Shown here one piece after another: positions 1 to 12,166 of a DNA stretch of 64,000 bases. The notes beneath the pieces were generated by a model. It was not told the origin of the DNA, did no database searches, and saw only the letters and a program-made list of their open reading frames with translations. The translations under genes were made by a program, and so were the position numbers. The stretch comes from Trichoplax adhaerens (Eukaryota; Animalia; Placozoa): positions 2,208,152-2,272,151 of the forward strand of contig NW_002060944.1 of the NCBI RefSeq assembly GCF_000150275.1, given 5' to 3'. How positions within the stretch are numbered: position 1 is the stretch's first letter; each line of letters starts with the position of its first letter.

Positions 1-176
1 AATTTTGCTACTTTTAATTCCAATTAGCATAAAACAATAATAATGTTTTCCACTTTGTATCTCAGAACTCATCAAGCATTTTAAACAAGTTCAAACTAGG
101 ATCCAATATAGACATGATAACAATCGCTAAAGGTACAGATAAATCTAGGACTGAAATTTCATGTTAATTTATTAAC

Positions 177-3100
177 CTGTAATTCTTTTAACCGTTGACG
201 AACTCTTATGAAACCCATATGTAGCTTGCCTCCAAAGTGATCAGCTAGTCTATTGCCAAGATAAAATTTCATATGAATTACAGATATTGCAAGAATATGA
301 TTCTCAATAAATTCACTAAGTGAAGTTGTTCACAGAGGGTAATTGTACCTTTGGTCATTATCATACAATCCTAAATATGCAGCACACACTTCACAAACTC
401 GCAACTTTTGTTGCTGCATAGCTGATGACGGTAAGGTTGATAACCAGGCTTCCTATGTAGCAGAGTATCTTATAAGCATGGTATATTCAAAAGACCTTTC
501 AAGGCTTGCAGATGAAATCTTGCAATTAAATTTTGCGAATGCCACAAATACTGCTGGTAATGTAATGTAGTATTTGTATCACCTCTTCTTTTCTGGCATC
601 CTGCTTAATAATTTCAATTTCTGCAAGTACGGCCATAGATTCTTCTATCTTTCCTTCGGCCCCTTAATTAAGACAAATATTCGTTACAAAGATTTCATAA
701 GATATCTGATTTTTAAAGTTCCCTTTACCCAATGATTCCACTGTTTTCAATTTTTCATTTATTTCGCCTTCAAGTTTTATTAACGACTGCGGCTTCATAC
801 ATATAAGAGAGACGTTAAGGCCATAAAAATAATATGATACAGCATGACACTTAGGAATCAATCGTACGGTTAATTTGCATTCCTGATATAAAATTTGCGT
901 AGCGATTGCGGAATTTCAAGTTTAATTCTATGAGATAATTCTAGCGCTTGATTAAATTTATAGCAGATCTATAGACTAGACTCGCTCTGTAATTAGTCTA
1001 GGTAATACTTACTATTTCCGGATGACTTTACTGCTTACTGTGCAGAATCATATAAATTTCCGGCTTCTTACCTTGACATTACTAGCCAGATCGGTCTGTG
1101 TTTCGGCTAGGCGCCTTTTAGCTATTTGAATCTTTCTGTCACAATCCTTGATAAAATACAATAATTGTTCCAACGCCTATTTAAACAGAATAAATAATAT
1201 ATTAGGTGTACTTAAGGGCAGTAAATAAGGCGATATATTTACACTACAAATAAAATGTGCACATTTTTTACGCTGCTGCAGGTGCTAGGTGGGCTTTCGA
1301 TGCTATAATCACTTCTAAAATGTCTCAGGGTGACGAAAACGAACTAGTAACAGACAGCTTATACTAATTTCGATGATACAATCATGTTCTTTGAATAAAA
1401 TATAGTAATTAATCTTTGATCGGAATAATATTATTTTGGCCATTGCAAAAGTCAGTACAGCATTAATATTATTGTCAAATCGATTATTATATATTGTACA
1501 GTATAGTAGATCAGTACATTCTCATATCTCAGAGGTGATACTGACGTGTTATTCCTCCTCCTGTCATTGAAAATGTTTACTGTACTCATTAATTAATTGA
1601 AGGCAATCTCTGTAAAATAAGCAATTACCCCCCATAAAATAGAAAACAGTTTTAGTTCTAGCTAGCTAAAGAAAAGCTGATCAATAGTTATTTATGACAC
1701 AAAAAAGTAGAATACAGATATACCTAAAACATTAGTACAGAAACTAGTTTCCGTAGATTACTTCTAGTTAATAGCAAGCTACAAAGTAGTTTGACATGGT
1801 TAACGATAATTCAGTCAGATAATTTACATTATCTTCTTGTATCACGACATCGATCGTTACACTCAATTGTTACTATAAAACTGCATTCAACCAGTAACGT
1901 CCTATTCTGCAGAATTAATAAACAGTACTTTTAGCATACCATCGTAGCAAAGTATAGCGTATTTTGACAGTCTCTAATTAGCGGGATACTTAGTAAATCG
2001 TGAGGAGAAATTTACGTAAAATAAAAGGGCAAATAAAAGTAAGACTTACATAGTAGAACATAAACTAAATTTGAAAATTTATCCTACTTCAGAGATTCGA
2101 ATTTAGTCTACTTTAGCAGTAAATTAATGCAGGACTTAAAATATAATTTAAACAAATTTATGTTAAATTACAACTAGGTTATCAGGACAATCTAGTGTCA
2201 CTATGCCATTACGACACCCTGCCAGAATCTCTCGCCTATACAGTAAAAATCGAAATTTAAGACCTTTTAATTCCGTGTACAAGCACGTATTCAGAAAAAC
2301 GATACACTATACACGCTTTGCCCTATTACAACGCGTACACTGTACAGCAGTAACGAGATAACGCAGTGAGCATAAAACATAAAACCCACATAATTACCTA
2401 CTATATCACGACAGTATAATCCCTATAAAAAGCTGCATTTGTGAAAGGAGGCGAAATAAAAAGCATAGATAGATGCGCAGCGATAATTTACGACTGCGGT
2501 TAATCCGCATTCATCAACTTAAATTAATAAGCGAGATCACGACGTAAATCTTACGTAAATTGCCCCCAAAGTCATTCAAATTCGTAGGACTGCAACTGAA
2601 ATAAAATTACAGTACTTAAGAAATAAATGTGGCAGCTTTATACAAAAATGCATCTACGAAACATACGTAATTTACCATTACCCATTATTTACAGTTTAAA
2701 AAAATTGCATCGTCTGATACTGTACGAGTAATTATGAGATTTCACGCGTCTGTTGTGTAATCTGTAGAGTAATCTTGCGAACAGCTTCTGTACAACAAGC
2801 GGATACAGTAGTCTTGTGGTAGAGCGGTTTAAAGTAATCGTTTTAAAATACGATTTACTCGTTTACATCATCAGACTCTATGGTATATTAGTAAATATAC
2901 TTAAGTTTTTAAGCTGTGATTGTTAAAACTTAGAAACTCATTGCATTTTTCCGGAATTACTTTAGGAAATCCATAATACTAGTACGGCAATAAGTGCTTC
3001 AAGACAAAGAATACTACTAAGATGCCAATAAGTAGTATTAGTGAGTATGGATAATTAAGAAATTCTAGTCATCATTCAGAGATCGTCTTAAAAATATTAT

Positions 3101-4598
3101 ATCATTCACTGCAGATATGTAATACTACAAACTTCGACAGTAAAGTACTATGTAAACAGTAAATTGGCTGTTATGTATTACAGTAGTTATAGCATCTAAG
3201 ATCGCGATTGCAACTGAAACTAGACTTATCAAATTAATTATCTGAATTACATCAACTTCGAATTCATAATTTCCTGAGACAGCCGCTTTCTCGTAATCTG
3301 CTCTCAAAGCCAAGCTGTGAACTTTCGAACACTCTCCAATATCCATTTTCTATTCATAAAACAAATATTAATGCAAGTGAATATTTGTATGGTTTGACCC
3401 ATAATTACCGGTTTACAGTAATATATATTCAACAATCATTGAGTATCAGCTTATTGAGGTAGAGATAATATGATACCGTATTTGTAAACAAGTCATGAGG
3501 ACACAAGCCAGTCAAAAAAGCTCTGCACACTCTTGGGTCAGTAAAGGTTAACGTCTCTTTATTCTCACCTAAAGAAATACGGAGTACACAAATTAACTTC
3601 TGTCCTCAAGTAGCTTCGTATCCAAAAGCACAAACCGTAAATAAAAACTGCAATGTTACTAACATGTACGGTGCAGCAGCAACAGTATATAACACCAAAG
3701 TTATAAAAATTATTTTCGTTAACAATAGATTAATACACAGATCGCGAAATCGTTATAATTTGCTTGCATTACAGGCTTCAACGTAAATTGCATAACTCAA
3801 AACGTTCATAATTTGATTAAAATTTTAGCTTAAGATGACTGTGAGCAATGCGGTAGTACCGTACTATTAGTAATGTTGATATGAAAAGATTTTAAGATTT
3901 AAGATTTATCGATAATTAATTTTCGAATCCGCTGCATGGATTACCTGCTTATAAAGTAATCTTTAAATTAATAGTACAAAAAAATAACCTGAAAATCCGT
4001 TGCAATCATCAGAACTGTGCAATAATTAATTAGAGATGTTTCATAAATTTCCACGATATCTTCTGTACAATACTCGTACAATCATCATGCTTTAACCTTA
4101 CGTACTAGAATTAACTATCTCTGTATATAACTCTAGATTTCACATACAGTAAAGGACCGTACAATCCCAGGTACATCCAGTATGTGCATAACCATATACG
4201 AGTATAACATGTACATATACGTACATACAATCAGAATTGGATAGCTATCTTAAAAAATGATACCTGTGAATACTCGTATATTTAATGAATTATGAAAGAT
4301 CTACTATACTTATTACTAATAAAACCTATAAAAATGAGTATCAAGTTAACTGCACTTCTTATGATGGATGATACAACGATCTACTTTGTCAGACTAACTA
4401 CTGAGCAGTCTCCTTTGGAATAGTTCCATGCTTTGCACCAGGTAAAAGCGATCGTAGAGGACTCATGATACCAAAAACGAAAATTAATTAACAAACTATG
4501 TTCCAAATCAGTATAAAGTTTAATCATTAACACTAACCATCTCTACTAGTACCCATTAGTTGATCTAGCAGCTTCCGAACATGTTCATGCGCTGACAT
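177..4598 (-). CDS. LUC7L: U1 snRNP-associated protein LUC7-like (LUC7L/LUC7L2 type), multi-exon; 3' end runs off the window
   Basis: Joined GT-AG exons read MSAHEHVRKLLDQLMGTSRDG (4538-4598), ENKETLTFTDPRVCRAFLTGLCPHDLFTNT, KMDIGECSKVHSLALRADYEKA (ZnF1), then QQQKLRVCEVCAAYLGLYDNDQRLADHFGGKLHMGF (ZnF2). Confidence 0.95.
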
Positions 4599-4619
4599 GA
4601 TGCTTTACTGGTCCTTTGA

Positions 4620-5450
4620 TTACAGTTTATGTTATCTACGTGTACAGTATGTGTTTTTATATTTATATTTTTATACTGTACTGTATACTGTACTGTACTG
4701 TATATACTCGTATATATATTTTAATGACTCTTATGGTTACAGATCTACTGTATGTAGAGCACAAGCAATTGAAAGTCAGAGCTTTTTGTAACAGTACTGT
4801 ACAGTGTACAGTACTATACTGTGCACTTGTACAGGCTAGCGTTACTACTGTACAGTACAGTGTACAGTACAGGCTAGCGCTACTACTGTTAGTACTGTAC
4901 TGTACACTGTACTGTACAGTGCGGATTGTACTGTACGGTACAGTGTGAACCAGTTCGAATCAGAGTACTTTAAGGTACCCTAAAATCACGAGTGTGAATC
5001 AAAATGTAATAAGAATTATACGAATATAAAGCTAAATAACTTGGCTTTTTAATTTAATTGATTAAAATGAGGTTATTAGAGCAACTTTTACGTAATATTG
5101 TATTAAATTCCGAATTTTCTGCAGTACTAAGTAAAAAACATGGAAATCTAACCATCGCTCCTCCCAGGGTAAGATATCCTACAGTACAGTATACAGTACG
5201 TACTGTACTGTACAGTACTGTAGGTTTGTAACACATGGACTTCTAAAGAGAAAAAGTCCCTGCTACAGTACTATACTGTAATACTGTACAGTACAGTACA
5301 CTACACTACACTATACTCGTACAGAGTACTGTACTGTACAGTACGGTACTATTGTACCGTACACTGTACTGTACTGTACTGTACTGTACACTGTACAGTC
5401 GTGTATAAAACTTTAGTACTGTATACTGTATAGTACTGTATGCCAACTGC
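4620..5450. promoter_or_regulatory. LUC7L/YPEL5 bidirectional promoter with two (GTACW)n arrays (about 4620-4950 and 5180-5450)
   Basis: Dense TACAG/CTGTA runs between divergent ATGs at 4598(-) and 5613(+). Promoter function is inferred from position. Confidence 0.7.
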
Positions 5451-5612
5451 AGTATAATTACGCTGTAGTGTAACTTCATAACCAACGAATGCCGCACGGT
5501 CAAGACGGAATCTATTTATTTTCTTTTTACAGTACTGGAGTAAAACTTTGAAACTTAAAACTTTCCCGTTTATCATCATCTGAGTCTCAAGTGCTTGCAT
5601 CAAGTATTGGTT

Positions 5613-7178
5613 ATGGGACGAACGTTTCTAGAACATCCTGGTGGGACTCGGTTATACTCGTGTGGTACATGTGATACTATATTAACGAATAAGGCAGAAT
5701 TAATGTCGACGGTAATAATATTATATGTACACTAAATACAGCAGATGACAAACACAAATTTTTATCGGAGTTTTGCTATACTGTACTCAACTTAAGATAC
5801 TGTCATAGCACGTTGCGAAAAAGAGAATTTATTCGCTACAATTAATTGTAGCATTTATCCCTCAAAACGAACGTGACACGGAAGATATTGTGGATCAAAT
5901 CCTGACTTCTGTTGCAATACGAATTTTAGAACATTATAAATAAATGTTATTTATAATGTATAGACTAACAGTACCGTGATATCTTCAGCAATGCTGTGGG
6001 GATGTTGCTAGTATCTAGTAATTGTAAAGCAAAAGTATACTATAATGATGATTAATTGATTACGTATTCTGAATGTAGTACAGTACTGTACAGTACAGTA
6101 GAGCATTTGTAGCATACTAGTTAGTATGCGAGTATCTTACTTTGAAAGTTGGACATATTACGGTACTTATTGCGATACTATTTATGCAGTAGATGGACAG
6201 ATTATATTATATACTATACATTATTTGTTAATAGCGTAAATTCTATTGCAGAGATTCACTGGGGCTACCGGAAGGGCTTATTTATTTAATAAAGTGTAAG
6301 TTTTTTAACTTTGAGATGGTGCTTTTTTAAGACATAATAAGCGTTCCTGAAATTTCAAAATATACAGTACTGTACAGTACAGTTTAAACAGTAGTTACAG
6401 TATAGTCCATTGTGTAACCAATTCATACAGTAGACTTATGATTGAATTCTCAAGAAGAAAATATACAGTACAGTAATGTGATTTCGACTATTAATCATGC
6501 TTAGCGACTCGCAGTTCGAATGAAATGAGTTCTAGTACTGTACAATACTATTGACGCCTTGGCTAACGCCAAGTCGAATGATTACTAGTGCTTTCGCTAT
6601 CTAGCTATTGCTTCAGCCTATTAATGGCAACAATGCGACTACTTTGTATTTCTACAAAAATTAGAGTCAATTTAAATTTTAGTGAAGTTCAAGACAGAGA
6701 AATGGTATGTACAAAATAATAGTAGTTATTGTAACCCTATACATGTCAAAGCCATAATAGATGGTCTAACCCCATAGCTGACTGGACGTCATAAAGTGCG
6801 CGATGTACTATGTAAGAACTGCAACACGAAACTAGGCTGGATATACGTAAGTTGTTATAATTTAGCACGCTGTAGAAAGCTTGGCCAACAAAATTCTGAG
6901 TCGCTCATTTCCTATTACAGGAATTTGCAAACGACGAAAATCAACGATATAAGGTAAGTTGTGCCATTTCTACGATGCGTTAAGGTAGTAGTTTACAGAG
7001 ATCGTTTTAGCTATTCAAAAGCGCTTGGCTCGAATTTCTAACCACTACAGCAAAAGCAGTCATTGCTTGGCCTTAAAGTTCTAGAAAATTTTTATGATCA
7101 TTGTATTTATATTAGGAAGGTAAGGTTATACTGGAACGTGCTCTAGTACAAGAAAGTCAAGGAATGGAAGAATCTTAA
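5613..7178 (+). CDS. YPEL5: Yippee-like protein 5 (CTLH/GID complex associated), 6 exons
   Basis: [33 protein letters not shown]|[15 protein letters not shown]|[13 protein letters not shown]|[23 protein letters not shown]|[11 protein letters not shown]|[20 protein letters not shown], with canonical splice sites. Confidence 0.96.
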
Positions 7179-8125
7179 TTGTCATCCAAAAAGTTTTTTC
7201 AAATAATGAGAATTACTTGCAGTTATTTCCAATTTGAAGGAGTCTTTGTATTATTAAGTATCTGTAATTAATTGCAAAGCTTGTGATAATTTTTAATTCT
7301 TATTCGAACTGTATTAAATACATGTACGAGGATAGTCGATAGTGCGCAATATTTAATTACATTCTTAGAATCATTACTATTCCTGTATTGTTCAGTACTA
7401 ATCATAAATTATGATTACTAAGAGACCTCGGAATTTGCACCTTTCGTAACTAGAATTCTATAACACTATTCCAATGTCCTATATAATTATAAGAAAATTT
7501 TGTATTTGTGAATACAATTTATTCGTTAATATATTACATTATCTGTTTCATTAATGAGATAAACCATATCGTTTGCTTTAATAACCGTAATCACAGGAAT
7601 ATTTTATTATGCAAGGAAACGAATTATTTGTATTTACTTACAGGAAGAATATGTGTATGCTGTCTGATAGCTAATTGTACAGTACAATGCGTAACATACA
7701 GTAGAAATGTACGAATGCATGAATAGCGAAACGCAGTATAGAAATGCTGGTAATTTTATACGCAAGGTCCTTTAACTCAACAATCCAGCAAAGGTTAACG
7801 CTTGTGCGAATCTGATTTTTACCGGCACATCGTAGTCCTAAAATTTAGAAAAGTCCCCATCGGAAGGAGAAACACTATAATCTGAGCTAGCAGAGTCGAA
7901 TTGTCCGAAATTTTCACATTACGATGAAAACTAAGCTATGTGAATCGATTACAGAAACGCATAAATCGTTAGCTCTAGCGTGTTTAATCAATAAAGTCTA
8001 TTCATATAAGTACGCACGTAACGAATTGCAGTAGAAAGGATATGAATGTTTAAACCAGGCTATGTTGACAATGGTAATACGTCGTCAAAATCACCATATT
8101 CGAGTTACACAATCGAAGGGCAAAG

Positions 8126-11100
8126 CTACGCTGACCAAAGTTTAAATGTCCTGTCGTAGCAGGAGGTCACGTAGTATTTACCATCTGTAATATTAAATGA
8201 CAACTTCAAATCACGATTACATGAACAGCAATCTGAATTGAAACGAAGCAAGCATTTATTTACCTGACGATATATCTAAGCACATCAGTTTATCATCATG
8301 ACCTGTAAGCGTCTGAAGAGGCGACCAACCTGGATTAGACCAAATCTACAGTATACGTAGATGAGCAAAATTGCATAATTCATACGAAGTACAGCTAAAC
8401 TGTTACTCTAGCAATCTGAAATTAAATTGCAGTTATGTAAAATACCTTTGCCGTTTTATCGTATGACGCAGACATTAAATAATTGCGGTTATCTATTAGG
8501 ACACAAGTAGGAAATATCGCGTTACAACAAGTGTTAAGCTTATTTCATAGCCAGCATTCAGAAACTAGAAGCTTACTTTCATATTTTACGAAAGACACGA
8601 GCCCGCTATGAGCAGGAATTGTATATATGGTTTTTCTATTTCTTAAATCCCAAATCCTTACAGAATTGTCTGCACTTGCTGTTGCAACTTGGTATCTTAA
8701 CAAATTTACGTCATTTAATATTAGCTAGAAGACAATGTGATTTTTAAGGCAAAATCAATATTTCTAACCCATCTGAAGCTGAATCTATGGAAAGTACGCC
8801 CTTGAGATGGCCCTCTAATAGGATAATGCAGCGACCCGATCTTAAATCCCAAACTCTTCCGTATGCATCTAGACCACTGATCATATTCATTGTCCGTACA
8901 TTATAATTAGTGGTAAAGCTTTACAAGAGCAATTCATATCTAAACAATATAAATATCTTTTTAACCCGCTAAAGCAGAGACTACCATCAATTTGAAACGC
9001 TAAGCAATAGACTTCTTTCATGTGTCCTTCCTGAAAAAAATATTTTGACTTCAATGACAATACAAAAATAAATAAAGTAATAAGGATAATTGTAACCTGA
9101 TGCAGTACTTCCTTGTCAGCTTCTAAATCGTAGAGTCTCCATGAATGATCGTAACTAAAATGTAGACGCAGAAAGTAAGCATTATAATTATTAACTTGCA
9201 GCGGCAAGTACCATTAGACAACAATGACTATTACTCAATTATTACAGCATATTTTTTTACCAAGCAGATCCTAAATATCTACCAGATGGATGATAACATA
9301 TTCGAGAAACTCGCGTCGTATGAGTGCTTACATTTCGAATAGGAGTATCACTGTAACAGTGAGGTGAAATCTGATTGTTAAAACGCGAACACTGGATTAG
9401 TGTAACGTAGATAAAAGTAAGTTACCTTTCTAACGACCAAAGTTTAACTGATCCCTCAGCATCGCATGATGCCATACAAGCTGACTTGGAAGATAACGTG
9501 AGAGTTGCCTGGGGATGAAAAACAATAGCGCCGATTCTACTGTTATGTCCTATTTTGGTAGGGAGATAAAAATATGGATGAATAAAACAAAAGCATATCT
9601 GATCTTTTATTAGTTAACTAGTAAATCTTCAGTGCTTGCCTCTTAAAATTCCGACCTGTTCGCAATGCGGTACACTCCACAACTTGCAAAGTCCAGACCT
9701 TTTTAAAGATTCCAAGAATATATTTAATTACAAACTGTAAACATACAGTAACACTAATAAGTATATCCAGATCAAGCACTAAGGCATATGCAGCCATGAT
9801 AACTTTTTTAAATGGGCTCTGTACTGCAAAATTCTAAATTATAGTATATACGCATGTTGATCTACATCATACCATGACCCAGTCGCAACATATTGGCAAT
9901 CCGGCGAAAATTGACAAAAGGAAATCGGTCGACAGTCACCGATTTGACTACAAAAAATAGTGGTTCTCTGCCCGTGAAAACCCAGATTGGAGAGTCTTTA
10001 GGTTAACTTAAAGTCATTCAGTGCACATTATAATGGTATCAGATAAAGCTACGATTGATGCAAAGCAAAATTATCCTCTCGTCATGTACGTAAACCTACA
10101 CCTAGTCTCTTATATAATTCCTGTGCCTTGGCAGCTTTGTCAGGATCAGGCTTTGCTCTTTCAATGCGTGCAGCCTTGAGTCGATCTCTAGCTCTGTAGC
10201 ATTTAAATTGATTATATAGATTAACGAAAGGCAGTTACCTTTTCAATTTATATATACAACTTGATACAATTTAAAAAACATAGCGCATTTGCCTCTTCAG
10301 AGAGTATAACGCAATATGATGTCTGGCTGGTGCCAAAGAGTCCGGACCTTCATGATACCAGACATCTCTAATCTACAGTTGATGTTACAATTTAAGTGAA
10401 GAGATGTGAAAAATCGACGTTAAACAGCAGCTGCTACAACAATAAGTTTGCATACTGTATTACCTGACTACTCTGTGATTCATTCGCAGGTTCCTGTATA
10501 ACACGATCCACGACGGTATCTACGAATTTAAAGTTTAGGTATCTTACCTATACTGTGAAAGAATCTTAATCCTAAAATGAACCATTACGTAACGAAGTTA
10601 CCCTGTTGCGCATAAATTTCACGCAATCTATTTCGCCTTTCAGATGGTCCTTCGCCAAACAGACCTGTAGGCAATGCAGTCACCATTTTATATATAAATT
10701 TGCGTAGTACTACATTACATAATACAAGAAAACGATTTCGCGAAAAGGTATCTCACAGATAGGCTCCCCAAGTTCGCGTAGCCGCGCTTTTACTTCGGAA
10801 TCGTCAGTAGGAACGACCACGGATCGGACCTAAATTATAAAATTGCTACGCTATATTAAGTTGAATTTATATATTACGTCTTTACTGCATATTTAAATAT
10901 GTACACTTTCGTGAAAGTACGCGTAAATTGCAAAAGGCTTAGTAAATATCACTCATTCTGAATCTATTACTGATTGAATTTCGTTGCTTACTGTATATAC
11001 TAGTATAAGCAAAAAATGCCATTGCTTTCATCATACTAAAAAACTTAGTGATCTCAGTGAATAAAAATTACACAAATTGCTTCAAAACTGAGTATGACTG

Positions 11101-11581
11101 CAGACCTTTTTACGACGCTCGAACTCAGCCAAAAGTTCAGTTTGGCGGTCATCCTTTCCGTGTTTAAATTGAAAAGTCTTGCCTAAGCAGGCATTAGTTA
11201 TTAAATTATGAAAGTTTGTCTTAACGTTATAAAAAGCTTCATAAAATTGAAATAGCATCACATCTCGCTGTAGTGTAACACAGTGTAATATTACGCGTAT
11301 TACAGTGCTGTACCCTCGTGTTCATTGTATGTACTGTACACTTGTACAGTAAATAGTAGTAGTACATACAGTATTACTAATTAATATTACTAATAATGCC
11401 GCTAAACAAGTTATGTTAACGAGCAAGGTCCTACAGTACCTTCAGAAACGTGAATATTGCTAGTATCGATTTCTTCCTCCCTTGCTGATGCAGTGTTAGC
11501 ATCTGCTAGTGAGTTTGCAGTCTCTTCACTATTTACACCATTACGAATCGAATTCGTCAAAATTTCAGGGTTTGACGACAT
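8126..11581 (-). CDS. PRPF4: U4/U6 snRNP protein Prp4 (WD40), multi-exon
   Basis: [10 protein letters not shown]|[24 protein letters not shown]|[15 protein letters not shown] (PRP4 motif), [39 protein letters not shown], and C-terminal [12 protein letters not shown]. Two introns need GC donors. Confidence 0.95.
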
Positions 11582-11689
11582 TATTGGCAGCAGTCCTTGT
11601 TATTACGACATGCAAGAAAGCAGGAACTTGCAACCAACAAAGTGAGTAGCAGTGGCGAGTAGAGTTGAGTAGCGAGCATAAAAGGCACA

Positions 11690-12030
11690 GTAAAGTACTG
11701 TACAGTACAGTAAGTCATGTACAGTACAGTACTACAGTATAATGTAATTGTACTGTACAGTACTGTACTGTACGTCAAGCGAAAGGATCGACTATAGTGC
11801 TACAGTACTGTACAGTACAGTACACTGTAAGTACTGTACTCTACAGTATACAGTACCGTACTGTACACAAACGTGCTGTCTAAAATGTTGCGTAAAGCCC
11901 GCCGAAGCACCGACAAGACCATAAAAGTTTCGAAAAATCGAGGAGGTACTGTACTATACAGTACAGTACTGTAAGTGTACTGTACTGTACAGTATGGTAC
12001 TACTGTACAGTACTACGAAACGTACAGTAC
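11690..12030. promoter_or_regulatory. PRPF4/clathrin light chain bidirectional promoter with (GTACW)n arrays (about 11690-11870 and 11945-12030)
   Basis: Pentamer runs between divergent ATGs at 11581(-) and 12167(+). Confidence 0.7.
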
Positions 12031-12166
12031 AGGGCCTGAGCATTCAACTAATCTTTGAGCATGAGCATTAGCTTCTGGACTGCATCGCGCACGCACAGTA
12101 TACTGTAGCTCTCTCTCTCTGTCCCTTCGATTTTGCTTCGTAGAATCGCGAACTCAGAATCTAGCA

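Noticed and set aside
4006-4090. C/D-box snoRNA candidate in LUC7L intron 1 (minus strand, ATGATGA...CTGA)
   Set aside because: Weak terminal stem and no guide I could match convincingly to rRNA or snRNA; such box pairs are common by chance in AT-rich DNA.
4597-5603. Tyr/Cys/Thr/Val/Gln-rich ORFs in the track (also at 11581-11778, 25615-26030, 33622-34235 and 60585-61027)
   Set aside because: (GTACW)n contains no stop codon in any frame, so these are translation artefacts of the promoter arrays.
7848-7860. GAAAAGTCCCC resembling RNase MRP CR-I
   Set aside because: No complementary CR-V (GGGGCT-like) downstream to form P4.
8035-8043. U12-type donor ATATCCTTT on the minus strand (similarly GTATCCTTC near 17321)
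   Set aside because: The first lies in the PRPF4 3' UTR; neither has a convincing TCCTTAAC branch site at a suitable position.
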